Assembly (NCBI GenBank): GCA_041665505.1
Contig: JBAYIR010000001.1
Span: 220,392 to 284,391 of the forward strand
Source: Patescibacteria group bacterium
GTDB lineage: Bacteria > Patescibacteriota > Patescibacteriia > UBA1558 > GWA2-36-10
DNA length: 64,000 nucleotides
Direction of reading: 5' to 3'
Positions 1 through 8,473 of this stretch are shown one piece after another. How positions within the stretch are numbered: position 1 is the first letter of the stretch; each line of letters begins with the position of its first letter. A model generated the notes under the pieces. That model was not told the origin of the DNA and did not search any database. It saw nothing but the letters and a program-made list of their open reading frames with translations. Made by a program: the position numbers and the translations under genes.

Positions 1-912
1 TATGCTGGTATTTTTCCTCATGAAGGCGGTGAATATCAAAAATTAAGAGAAGCTATATTAAAATTAAAATTAAGCGACGCTAGTTTGGTTTTTGAACCAG
101 CTAGTTCTTCAGCTTTAGGTTTTGGTTTCCGTTGTGGATTTTTAGGCTTATTACATTTAGAAATATTTCAAGAGCGTCTCAGTCGGGAGTTTAATCTGGA
201 GTTGATTGTGACTATACCAACTGTGGCTTATCATATTTATTTAAATAATGGTAAAAATGAGGTTTTAACTACACCTTCAGAAATGCCTGATGTTACCAAA
301 ATTGCTTATATTGAGGAGCCATATATGCATATTGAAGTTATTACTCCCAAAGAACATATGGGAGGCTTAATGGAGTATGTAATATCTCAAAAAGGAATTT
401 CTAAAGATACTGAGTATATTGATAGTAATCGTTTAATACTCCGTTTTGATATTCCCTTGGCTTCTATCTTGGTAGATTTTTATGATAATATAAAAAGTAT
501 ATCATCTGGTTATGCTTCTTTAAATTATGATTTTGCTGATTATAGAAGATGCGAGATAGTTAAGATGGATATCTTGGTGGCGGAAAATCCAGTGGAAGCC
601 TTGACCAGTTTAGTTTATAGAGATGAGGCGCATAGAGTAGGTAAACGGATTGTTAGTAAATTAAAAGAAGTTTTACCTCGTCAACAATTTGTTATTAAAA
701 TTCAGGCGGCGATAGGAGGCAAGATAGTAGCTGGTGATAAATTATCTGCGCTTCGAAAAGATGTAACAGCCAAATTGTATGGTGGTGATGTCACTCGCAA
801 GAGAAAATTATTGGACAAACAAAAAAAAGGCAAAAAGCGTATGGCCCAAGGAGGAAAAGTAGAAATACCGCAAGAAGCCTATCTAGCTGTGCTTAAAAGA
901 GATTCTTCTTAG
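1..912 (+). CDS. lepA: Elongation factor 4 (LepA), C-terminal part; the gene starts upstream of the window
   Basis: The frame stays open from position 1. The translation (YAGIFPHEGGEYQKLREAILKLKLSDASLVFEP...ALGFGFRCGFLGLLHLEIFQERLSREF...) matches the conserved LepA C-terminal domain. Confidence 0.85.
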   Translation, partial: YAGIFPHEGGEYQKLREAILKLKLSDASLVFEPASSSALGFGFRCGFLGLLHLEIFQERLSREFNLELIVTIPTVAYHIYLNNGKNEVLTTPSEMPDVTKIAYIEEPYMHIEVITPKEHMGGLMEYVISQKGISKDTEYIDSNRLILRFDIPLASILVDFYDNIKSISSGYASLNYDFADYRRCEIVKMDILVAENPVEALTSLVYRDEAHRVGKRIVSKLKEVLPRQQFVIKIQAAIGGKIVAGDKLSALRKDVTAKLYGGDVTRKRKLLDKQKKGKKRMAQGGKVEIPQEAYLAVLKRDSS

Positions 913-1054
913 TTTCCGTAGCTAATGCCTAGTGTCCATAATACCATAGAAAGTATTATGAATATGGACATAATAATTAAGACTATTTTTTGAGATTTTT
1001 TATTCACACCATTATAAATCAATAATTATTTTTTAACTCAAGCTATTAGAAAAA

Positions 1055-1525
1055 TTGTGTGGAATTTCTAAAGGAGTTAATATTATGAATAATTTTAGCA
1101 AATTTTTGCTTGATCGGGAAGACTTGAAGCTGGTTTTTAAGTCAAAAAGCAGTTCAGTAGGGGTATATTTTATTATTCTCCTTTTTTTGTTAGCTTTTTT
1201 TATGCTTTTTCCAATGTGGAAAATGGGTTATCATGGTTTTTCCTTATGGTTAATCTGGGTAATTTTTTTGACATTTTTGCTAGCTAGAGAGATTATTGGG
1301 CAAAATAATGTTTATTTATTGACTAATAAAAGACTTATTCACCTTAAAGCAGCGGCCAAAATGGAGTATAGATTAGTTGGGTTTTTAAAAATATCCGATA
1401 TAGATAAGGTTTATAAACAAAAAAATAATATTTGTATTATAGCGCAAAATAAGAGATATTATTTATCAGCTATTGATTTAGCGGATAAAGTTTATAGTCA
1501 GCTAAATTCTTACATAAAAGATTAA
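1055..1525 (+). CDS. Hypothetical membrane protein with a bacterial PH-like (YdbS/YdbT-type) domain
   Basis: Two hydrophobic helices are followed by the motif YLLTNKRLIHLK, typical of bPH_2 domains. The true start may be the internal Met (MNNFSKF). Confidence 0.4.
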   Translation: MCGISKGVNIMNNFSKFLLDREDLKLVFKSKSSSVGVYFIILLFLLAFFMLFPMWKMGYHGFSLWLIWVIFLTFLLAREIIGQNNVYLLTNKRLIHLKAAAKMEYRLVGFLKISDIDKVYKQKNNICIIAQNKRYYLSAIDLADKVYSQLNSYIKD

Positions 1526-1544
1526 AATCTGGTATAATATATTT

Positions 1545-2024
1545 ATGTTGCCAGGAAAAAATTTAGAACAACAAAATATTAGTCCTGAACAATTCAAAGC
1601 TATTGACAAATCAGTAGAAAATTCTTTAGATTCTGGAAAAATAGAGCGAAAAATTATAGCGCCAGCTCAGGAAAATTATAACAATCAAACTCCAACATCA
1701 GTAGTTATACCAGAAGAGCATAATGCAGTTGTTCCCAATAATCAACAAATTATTCATCGGCAAGTAGAAAATGTATTGTCCGCTGGTATGGAAAATGTAT
1801 TTTTATCATTAGACGCTGGTTTGCAGAGGGATTTTAAGCTAAAAGGGGAAGAAACTTCCAATAAAATTACTCTTCTATTGATGCAGACCAAGATAAAAGT
1901 TAGTGCCATTACTAAGCTTATTTTAGAGTGGCTTCGCATTATTCCCAAAATAAATAAACATTATCTAGAACAAGAGGCTAAAATAAAAACAGATAATATA
2001 TTAAAAATAAATCAACAAAAATAA
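1545..2024 (+). CDS. Hypothetical protein
   Basis: ORF of 159 aa lying in the same direction as neighbouring genes. No motif was recognised. Confidence 0.35.
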   Translation: MLPGKNLEQQNISPEQFKAIDKSVENSLDSGKIERKIIAPAQENYNNQTPTSVVIPEEHNAVVPNNQQIIHRQVENVLSAGMENVFLSLDAGLQRDFKLKGEETSNKITLLLMQTKIKVSAITKLILEWLRIIPKINKHYLEQEAKIKTDNILKINQQK

Positions 2025-2027
2025 AAA

Positions 2028-4490
2028 ATGAGTGATTATTTTATTATTGGCATAATTTTATTAATTGGGATTATTATTCTCATAGCTTTGTTTTATTTTG
2101 CTTTCAACCATTCTAGAAGTAGAAGTAATAAAAATCTTCAATCCGAAGTGTTGTTATTAAAAATTCCCAAATATATAAAATCGGAAAAGGAAGAACACAG
2201 CAAAGAATTTGTCCAAGCTGAATTAGGGCAAGTAGAAAACTTATTTGCCGCTTTGAGTGGTCTTAAAGCGCAGAGAAAATTTTTTGGTAGGCGGACAGAT
2301 ATTTTTTCTATAGAGATTGTCTCAGTTGGAGGCTTCACGAATTTTTATGTAGCCACACCAAGTGTTTATAGAGATTTTTTGATTCAACAATTGCAAGCTG
2401 TTTATCCAAAAATATATTTTGAACCAGTTAGTGATTATAATATTTTTCAAGCACAAGGTCATATTAAAGCTGGTGCCCTTAATTTTAAGGGTGATTATAG
2501 TCTGCCAATTAAAACTTATAAGTATTTTGAAAATGATCCTTTAGAGGCGGTCACTAATTCCCTAAGCAAATTAACTGTCAATGAAGGTGCGGCTGTCCAG
2601 TATGTATTTCGGTCGGCCCCTGCTAAATGGCATGCTCGGGGTAGAAAAATAGCACAACAAATGCACCGTGGTATGACTTATAGAGAGGCTATAAAGAAAA
2701 TTGGCGGCGGCGGTTTCTGGGGTAATACGTCTCAGGTATTCAAATTTTTTGCTAGTTTTTTGACTACCAAAGATCCAAAAAAAACTGACCCAGATCAAAA
2801 CGAGCCACCACAGCCAATGTCAGCTATGGAGCAAGAGCGAGCTAAAGGTATGGAAGAAAAAACTTCTAAATCAGGGCTAGAGGTAAATATTAGAGTGGTA
2901 GTTTCTACAGCTAATCCAGAGAGATCTAAAGCTATTTTAAATGATATTTTAAATAGTTATAGTCAATATAATATTTATGAGTTTGGTAATAGTTTTAGAG
3001 CCTATATTCCTAGTAAAGCTGACTCTTATGTAGAACATTTTATTTATCGTCATTTTCTTCCTCAAAAAAGTATGCTCTTAAACTCTGAGGAAATGACTAG
3101 TGTGGTTCATTTGCCTTTAACGACTAGTGAAACACCAAATATTGCCTGGCTGGAAGCGGCTAAAGCAGCTCCACCGGTTAATATGCCGACAGAGGGAGTA
3201 ATACTTGGCAAGAGTTTTTATCGTGGCAGGGAAACTTTGGTTCGTATCAAAGATGCCGATCGTCGTCGACATATGTATGAAATTGGTCAAACTGGTACTG
3301 GTAAATCAGTATTTTTGGAAAGTCTAGCCATTCAAGACATTGCTAATGGTAAAGGGGTTTGTGTATTAGATCCACATGGTGATTTAGCTGAAACTATTTT
3401 ATCTCATGTGCCAAAAGAAAGAGCAGAAGATGTGATTTATTTTGATCCCTCAGATGTTCAAAGGCCAATGGGTATTAATATGTTGGAATTTGAAACAGAT
3501 GAACAAAAAACTTTTGCCATCAATGAAATGATAGCTATTTTTGATAAGTTGTATGATCTCAAAGCTACTGGTGGTCCAATGTTTGAACAATACATGAGAA
3601 ATACCATGTTGCTTTTGATGGATGATAAGGAAAACCAAACCACTTTATTGGAAATTCCAAAAGTTTTAGCTGACGAGAGTTATAGAAAACAAAAATTGGC
3701 TAAAGTAAAAAATTATTTAGTCAAGGACTTTTGGGAAAAAGAAGCACAAAAAGCAGGTGGTGATGCGGCCTTAGCTAATATGGTACCTTATATTACTTCC
3801 AAATTAACTCCTTTTATAGCCAATGACACTATCCGTCCTATAATATCTCAAAGTAAATCGGCTTTCAATTTTAGGAAGGCTATGGACGAAAATAAAATTA
3901 TTATTATTAATCTATCTAAAGGTAAAATTGGTGAGATGAATAGTAGTCTCTTGGGAATGATAATGATTGGTAAAATACTTTTTGCAGCCCTTAGCCGAGT
4001 AGACCTACCAGAAGAGAAAAGACAAGATTTTTATCTTTATATTGATGAGTTTCAAAATTATATTACGGAGAGTATTTCTATTATTTTATCTGAGGCTAGA
4101 AAATATAAATTAAATTTAATATTAGCTCATCAATTTTTAGCACAGTTGGTTAAATCTAAAGATAGAGATACTGGAGTAAAAGATGCTGTCTTTGGTAACG
4201 TCGGCACATTGATTGCCTATCGAATTGGAGTAGAGGATGCTGAGGTAATAGCCAAACAAATGGCGCCAGTTGTGACGCAATATGATTTGGTTAACATGCC
4301 AAAATATACTTGTTATATAAAATTATTAATAGATAACCAAAATCCACCTGCTTTTAATTTTAATCCTATTATGCCAGAAAAAGGCAATTATGAATTGGCT
4401 AAGGCTATCAAAGAGTTGTCACGCCTTAAATATGGTCGGGATAGGCTTATAGTGGAAAATGAAATAAAACAAAGAATGTCTATAATCTAA
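2028..4490 (+). CDS. VirB4/VirD4-like conjugation/T4SS-type P-loop ATPase (FtsK-HerA superfamily) with an N-terminal TM domain. This is the fused form of the split pair at 16264-19538
   Basis: There is an N-terminal TM helix. Walker A is RRRHMYEIGQTGTGKS, followed by a VLDPHGDL motif, Walker B LYIDEFQNY and AHQ. The N-terminal 400 aa aligns with ORF 16264-17754 and the C-terminal part with ORF 17757-19538. Confidence 0.7.
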   Translation: MSDYFIIGIILLIGIIILIALFYFAFNHSRSRSNKNLQSEVLLLKIPKYIKSEKEEHSKEFVQAELGQVENLFAALSGLKAQRKFFGRRTDIFSIEIVSVGGFTNFYVATPSVYRDFLIQQLQAVYPKIYFEPVSDYNIFQAQGHIKAGALNFKGDYSLPIKTYKYFENDPLEAVTNSLSKLTVNEGAAVQYVFRSAPAKWHARGRKIAQQMHRGMTYREAIKKIGGGGFWGNTSQVFKFFASFLTTKDPKKTDPDQNEPPQPMSAMEQERAKGMEEKTSKSGLEVNIRVVVSTANPERSKAILNDILNSYSQYNIYEFGNSFRAYIPSKADSYVEHFIYRHFLPQKSMLLNSEEMTSVVHLPLTTSETPNIAWLEAAKAAPPVNMPTEGVILGKSFYRGRETLVRIKDADRRRHMYEIGQTGTGKSVFLESLAIQDIANGKGVCVLDPHGDLAETILSHVPKERAEDVIYFDPSDVQRPMGINMLEFETDEQKTFAINEMIAIFDKLYDLKATGGPMFEQYMRNTMLLLMDDKENQTTLLEIPKVLADESYRKQKLAKVKNYLVKDFWEKEAQKAGGDAALANMVPYITSKLTPFIANDTIRPIISQSKSAFNFRKAMDENKIIIINLSKGKIGEMNSSLLGMIMIGKILFAALSRVDLPEEKRQDFYLYIDEFQNYITESISIILSEARKYKLNLILAHQFLAQLVKSKDRDTGVKDAVFGNVGTLIAYRIGVEDAEVIAKQMAPVVTQYDLVNMPKYTCYIKLLIDNQNPPAFNFNPIMPEKGNYELAKAIKELSRLKYGRDRLIVENEIKQRMSII

Positions 4491-4596
4491 ATAAATTTAT
4501 CAATTTTAAGCCAAAAAATTAGATTGCCAAGAGCCAAATTTTATGATAAATTATTAGGTGAAATAGAGCTAAATAAGCTCGTAAACAAAAACAAAA

Positions 4597-5181
4597 ATGT
4601 CAAAAGAAAAAAAAATTAAAGATTTAGAAGCTTTATTATATAATTTAGAATTAGAACTCACCAAGACTAAACAAGTTTTAGGTGAGTTAAGTGGTAAAAA
4701 CTCTTCTGAAGCGGCCAATTATAGTTTGAAGGCGGCTAGAGTCGGTAAGCAGATAGATGGTGATGAAGGTTTGGTAGTAGAAGGAGTTTTCAATGGCCAG
4801 ATTATGATTGGTCCTGATGGCAAACAATATAGTGTACCAGCTAATTATGCTTCTAAATCTAAATTAGTAGAAGGGGACATTCTAAAGTTAACTATAAATT
4901 TTGATGGTTCATTTATTTTTAAACAAATATCGCCAGTAGAAAGAACGAGATTGGTAGGCCACCTCATTAAAGATAAGAGTACTAATGAGTTTGTGGTTTT
5001 GGCTGGAGACAAGATATATAAGGTTCTAATGGCCTCAGTAACCTATTTTAAAGGCGAAGAGGGTGATGAGGCAGTTATATTGGTCTCCAAAGATTCTGAT
5101 AGTAATTGGGCCGCTGTAGAGAATATAATTAAAACTAATCATAGAGGGATTTCTACTGACGAATTGGATTTTAGTCTTTGA
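4597..5181 (+). CDS. Hypothetical protein with an N-terminal coiled coil
   Basis: ORF of 194 aa between the ATPase gene and dnaX. No family was recognised. Confidence 0.4.
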   Translation: MSKEKKIKDLEALLYNLELELTKTKQVLGELSGKNSSEAANYSLKAARVGKQIDGDEGLVVEGVFNGQIMIGPDGKQYSVPANYASKSKLVEGDILKLTINFDGSFIFKQISPVERTRLVGHLIKDKSTNEFVVLAGDKIYKVLMASVTYFKGEEGDEAVILVSKDSDSNWAAVENIIKTNHRGISTDELDFSL

Positions 5182-5184
5182 TTT

Positions 5185-6684
5185 ATGTCAGAAGTCATCT
5201 ATAGAAAATATCGGCCAAAATTTTTTAAAGAGGTTATCGGTCAAAAACCGATAAAAATTACTCTAGAAAATGAAATAGCTAGTGGGAATTTGGCCCATGC
5301 TTATTTATTTGTTGGACCACGGGGCACTGGTAAAACTACCTTGGCTCGTCTTTTTGCTCGTTCTTTAAATTGTAGCAATCGTCAAAATAAAGAATCTGAA
5401 CCCTGTAATGAATGCGAAAATTGTAAAGTCATATTAGCTGGACGTTCTATGGATATTTTAGAAATTGATGCTGCTTCTCACACTGGAGTAGATAATGTCC
5501 GTGATAATATTATTGCCAATTCACAAATACCACCTTTTAGTAGTAATGGTTATAAAGTTTTTATTATTGATGAGGTGCACATGTTATCTAAATCTGCTTT
5601 CAATGCTCTGCTTAAAACTTTAGAAGAACCACCCAAAAGAATAATCTTTATTTTAGCCACCACCGAAGTACACAAAGTACCAGAGACTATTATTTCTCGT
5701 TGTCAGAGATTTGATTTTAAAAAAATACCAATCAAGGATATCGTCAAAAGAATGACTGAGATTGTGGAATGGGAAAAAATTGAAATTTCAGAAAAAATTT
5801 TATCAGAAATAGCTCGTCGTAGTGAGGGCTGTCCCAGAGATGCCGAATCATTGCTAGGTCAAATAATTTCTATTAGTGGTGGTAAGGTCAGTGATGAGTT
5901 AGCTTCTTTGGTTTTACCAAATAGCAATTGGCAAGCCATTGACGCTTTGACAGAGGCTTTAAAAGTAAAAAATTTACCAACTGCTCTTAACCAAATTAAT
6001 AAATTAGTAGAAGAGGGGGCAGATTTGAGCATTTTTATTGCTGATTTCATAGATTATATTAGACAGATAATGCTGTACAAAATTATTGGGCCTAGTTTTG
6101 CTCTTGATTTTGATGATAACTTAACAAATTCTATAAAAAAACATGCTCAAGATTTTTTATTAGAAGATATATCAAACTTGCTTAACATAATATTGGATAA
6201 ATTAGCCATTAAAGAAACCATAATTGATCAACTACCTTTAGAATTGGCTTGTGTAGAATTTTTATTGATTCAAGCAGATAATGAAGAAAAAAAGATTGAT
6301 AATTTTTTGGAAACAAAAGATAAAAAAAAAATTAATTTAAATATTCAAGATTTAGAAAAATTACAAAATAATTGGTCAAAAGTAGTGGAACGGGCTAAAC
6401 CATTTAATCATTCTTTGTCAGCTATGTTACAAACTAGCCACCCTTTGACAATGGAGGGAAATTTACTTACCATTGGCTTGGAATATGATTTCCATAAAGA
6501 ACAACTAGATAAATCAGCTAGCAAGGAAAATTTAATAGCCATTTTTAGTGATATATTAGGTAAAAAAATAAATTTAGCTTTTGTTATTGATGCCGATTAT
6601 AAACAAAACCATCAAAGTTTTAAAGGCAAAAGTGAAAGCGGAGTAGATCAAATTTTAGATACTTTTGGTGGAGAAATGTTATAA
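5185..6684 (+). CDS. dnaX: DNA polymerase III subunit gamma/tau
   Basis: N-terminus YRPKFFKEVIGQ, Walker A GPRGTGKTT, zinc module CNECENC and an SRC box ISRCQRF. Confidence 0.9.
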   Translation: MSEVIYRKYRPKFFKEVIGQKPIKITLENEIASGNLAHAYLFVGPRGTGKTTLARLFARSLNCSNRQNKESEPCNECENCKVILAGRSMDILEIDAASHTGVDNVRDNIIANSQIPPFSSNGYKVFIIDEVHMLSKSAFNALLKTLEEPPKRIIFILATTEVHKVPETIISRCQRFDFKKIPIKDIVKRMTEIVEWEKIEISEKILSEIARRSEGCPRDAESLLGQIISISGGKVSDELASLVLPNSNWQAIDALTEALKVKNLPTALNQINKLVEEGADLSIFIADFIDYIRQIMLYKIIGPSFALDFDDNLTNSIKKHAQDFLLEDISNLLNIILDKLAIKETIIDQLPLELACVEFLLIQADNEEKKIDNFLETKDKKKINLNIQDLEKLQNNWSKVVERAKPFNHSLSAMLQTSHPLTMEGNLLTIGLEYDFHKEQLDKSASKENLIAIFSDILGKKINLAFVIDADYKQNHQSFKGKSESGVDQILDTFGGEML

Positions 6685-6689
6685 ACCAT

Positions 6690-6763
6690 TCGGGGATCGT
6701 CTAATGGTAGGACAACGGGTTCTGGTCCCGTCAATTGGGGTTCGAGTCCCTATCCCCGAGCCA
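6690..6763 (+). tRNA. tRNA-Gln (anticodon CUG), 74 nt, with encoded CCA
   Basis: Manual fold. Acceptor TCGGGGA/TCCCCGA, D-stem GTCT/GGAC, anticodon stem ACGGG/CCCGT, loop TTCTGGT (anticodon CTG), T-arm TGGGG-TTCGAGT-CCCTA, discriminator G, then CCA. Confidence 0.75.
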
Positions 6764-6839
6764 ATATTTTATACTTCTTTATTTACAATAATTATACTTT
6801 GGTGTATAATATATTATGTACAATACGTATTATTTGTTG

Positions 6840-6886
6840 CCCTTAATATTATTGGAGTAGCAAATATCGCTAATAAAATATTATAA
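6840..6886 (+). pseudogene. 3' remnant of a third VirB2-like pilin gene copy (encodes ...VANIANKIL*)
   Basis: About 45 nt, together with the following 36-nt spacer, are near-identical to the 3' end and downstream spacer of the two intact pilin genes. Compare 6851-6922 with 7243-7315. Confidence 0.6.
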
Positions 6887-6922
6887 TTTATAATTAACTA
6901 ATAAATAGTAATTCATAATACT

Positions 6923-7279
6923 ATGAAAAAAATATTAACATTCGCTTTGTTATTTCTACCTAGCGTAGCTTCAGCTCAAATAACCGTCAATGACTGGGGA
7001 TACAATGAGTTAGCTCAAGGCAATATCGCCTTAGGTACCAGAGACTTAAGATCAACAATTGCTGGAGTTATAAACATTGTTCTAGGTTTCTTAGGTGTTT
7101 TAACTACTGTGATTATTCTCTTTGGTGGTTTTAAATGGATGACTTCTTATGGTGATTCTTCTAAAGTTGATGAAGCTAAAAAAATGATTGGAGCTGGTGT
7201 CATTGGTCTAGTAATCGTATTGACCGCTTATGCCATTTCCAGATTCGTATTAGTAAATATCGCTAATAAAACATTATAA
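6923..7279 (+). CDS. VirB2/TrbC-like T4SS pilin candidate, tandem copy 1
   Basis: 118 aa. Signal peptide ending ASAQ, then two hydrophobic helices (IAGVINIVLGFLGVLTTVIILFGG and GAGVIGLVIVLTAYAI). This is the VirB2 topology. Confidence 0.55.
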   Translation: MKKILTFALLFLPSVASAQITVNDWGYNELAQGNIALGTRDLRSTIAGVINIVLGFLGVLTTVIILFGGFKWMTSYGDSSKVDEAKKMIGAGVIGLVIVLTAYAISRFVLVNIANKTL

Positions 7280-7315
7280 TTTATAATTAACTAATAAATA
7301 GTAATTCATAATACT

Positions 7316-7669
7316 ATGAAAAAAATATTAACATTCGCTTTGTTATTTCTACCTAGCCTAGCTTCAGCTCAAAATGTCAATGACTGGGGATACAATGAGT
7401 TAGCTACTGGTAATATCGCTCTAGGTACCAGAGACTTAAGATCGACAATTGCTGGAGTTATAAATATTGTTCTAGGTTTCTTAGGTGTCTTAACCACTTT
7501 GATTATTTTGTTAGGTGGTTTCAAATGGATGACTTCTTATGGCAGTTCTGACAAAGTTGATGAAGCTAAAAAAATGATTGGCGCTGGTGTCATTGGTCTA
7601 GTAGTGGTATTAACTGCTTATGCCATTTCCAGATTCGTATTAGTAAATATTGCTAATAAAACAATCTAA
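7316..7669 (+). CDS. VirB2/TrbC-like T4SS pilin candidate, tandem copy 2
   Basis: 117 aa and about 85-90% identical to copy 1. The two sit within a 393-nt direct repeat unit. Confidence 0.55.
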   Translation: MKKILTFALLFLPSLASAQNVNDWGYNELATGNIALGTRDLRSTIAGVINIVLGFLGVLTTLIILLGGFKWMTSYGSSDKVDEAKKMIGAGVIGLVVVLTAYAISRFVLVNIANKTI

Positions 7670-7685
7670 TAGTATTTATTTTTTT

Positions 7686-7716
7686 AAAAAGCATCCTGCT
7701 AAGGGATGTTTTTTAA
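7686..7716 (+). terminator. Intrinsic terminator after the pilin tandem
   Basis: Hairpin GCATCC-tgctaa-GGGATG followed by TTTTTT. Confidence 0.5.
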
Positions 7717-7743
7717 TTTTATTTATAATGCTATAATGAATAC

Positions 7744-8430
7744 ATGCAAATTCCTAAACATATTGGCATAATATTAGATGGTAATCGTCGCTTTGCTAGG
7801 GCTAGAGGATTACCGACTTTTGAAGGTCACCGTCAAGGTTTTACTAATCTAAAAAAAATAGCCAGACATGCTTTTAAAAGCGGTGTGGAAGTTTTGACAG
7901 TTTATGCTTTTTCTATAGAAAATTGGAAAAGAGATAAAGAAGAAGTGGCTTATTTAATGGATTTGTTTAGAATGTTTGTTAATAAAGAAATTGACATTTT
8001 AGCTAAAGAAGGTGTCAAGGTAAATTTTTTTGGTAGGAGAGAGGATTTTGATAAAGATTTGCAAGAATCTATGCTTAGGGTATTAGAAAAAACTAAAAAC
8101 GGTAATAAAGGTATTTTAAATATTTGTTTAAGTTACGGAGGCAGAGATGAAATAGTTAGAGCTTTTAAAAAAATATTAGCCCAAGGAATTAAAGCCAGTG
8201 AGGTAAATGAAGATTTAATAAATAAAAATATAGACTCAGCTGGCTTGCCAGATCCAGATCTGATTATACGGACCTCTGGTGAACAACGTTTATCAGGTTT
8301 TTTGACTTGGCAGTCAGTTTATAGTGAGTTTTACTTTCCCAAGAAAGACTGGCCAGATTTTACTCCACAGGATTTAGATTTAGCTCTAGAGGAATATAGT
8401 CAGAGACAGAGGCGTTTTGGGGCAAATTAA
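7744..8430 (+). CDS. uppS: Isoprenyl transferase (undecaprenyl diphosphate synthase)
   Basis: HIGIILDGNRRFA plus conserved C-terminal motifs (IRTSGEQRLSGFLTWQ). Confidence 0.88.
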   Translation: MQIPKHIGIILDGNRRFARARGLPTFEGHRQGFTNLKKIARHAFKSGVEVLTVYAFSIENWKRDKEEVAYLMDLFRMFVNKEIDILAKEGVKVNFFGRREDFDKDLQESMLRVLEKTKNGNKGILNICLSYGGRDEIVRAFKKILAQGIKASEVNEDLINKNIDSAGLPDPDLIIRTSGEQRLSGFLTWQSVYSEFYFPKKDWPDFTPQDLDLALEEYSQRQRRFGAN

Positions 8431-8473
8431 TTTTTATGCTATAATATATAGATAAAATATTTAATATAAATAT

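Noticed and set aside
1754-1948. Minus-strand 64-aa ORF
   Set aside because: It is embedded antisense in ORF 1545-2024 and has no RBS. It is the same situation as other short antisense ORFs in the track, for example 2138-2338, 3450-3643, 5859-6050, 8771-9028, 11988-12170, 13712-13933, 18854-19180, 19950-20225, 28087-28383, 29555-29836, 34480-34902 and 49758-50225.
6665-6886. ORF of 73 aa (MVEKCYKPFGDRL...) from the six-frame track
   Set aside because: It runs straight through the tRNA-Gln gene and the pilin-repeat remnant. It is an artefact of the ORF finder, not a gene.
6840-7720. Pilin tandem repeats as a CRISPR-like or minisatellite array
   Set aside because: The repeat unit is 393 nt and protein-coding. 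There are no short direct repeats with unique spacers, and no CRISPR array exists anywhere in the window.
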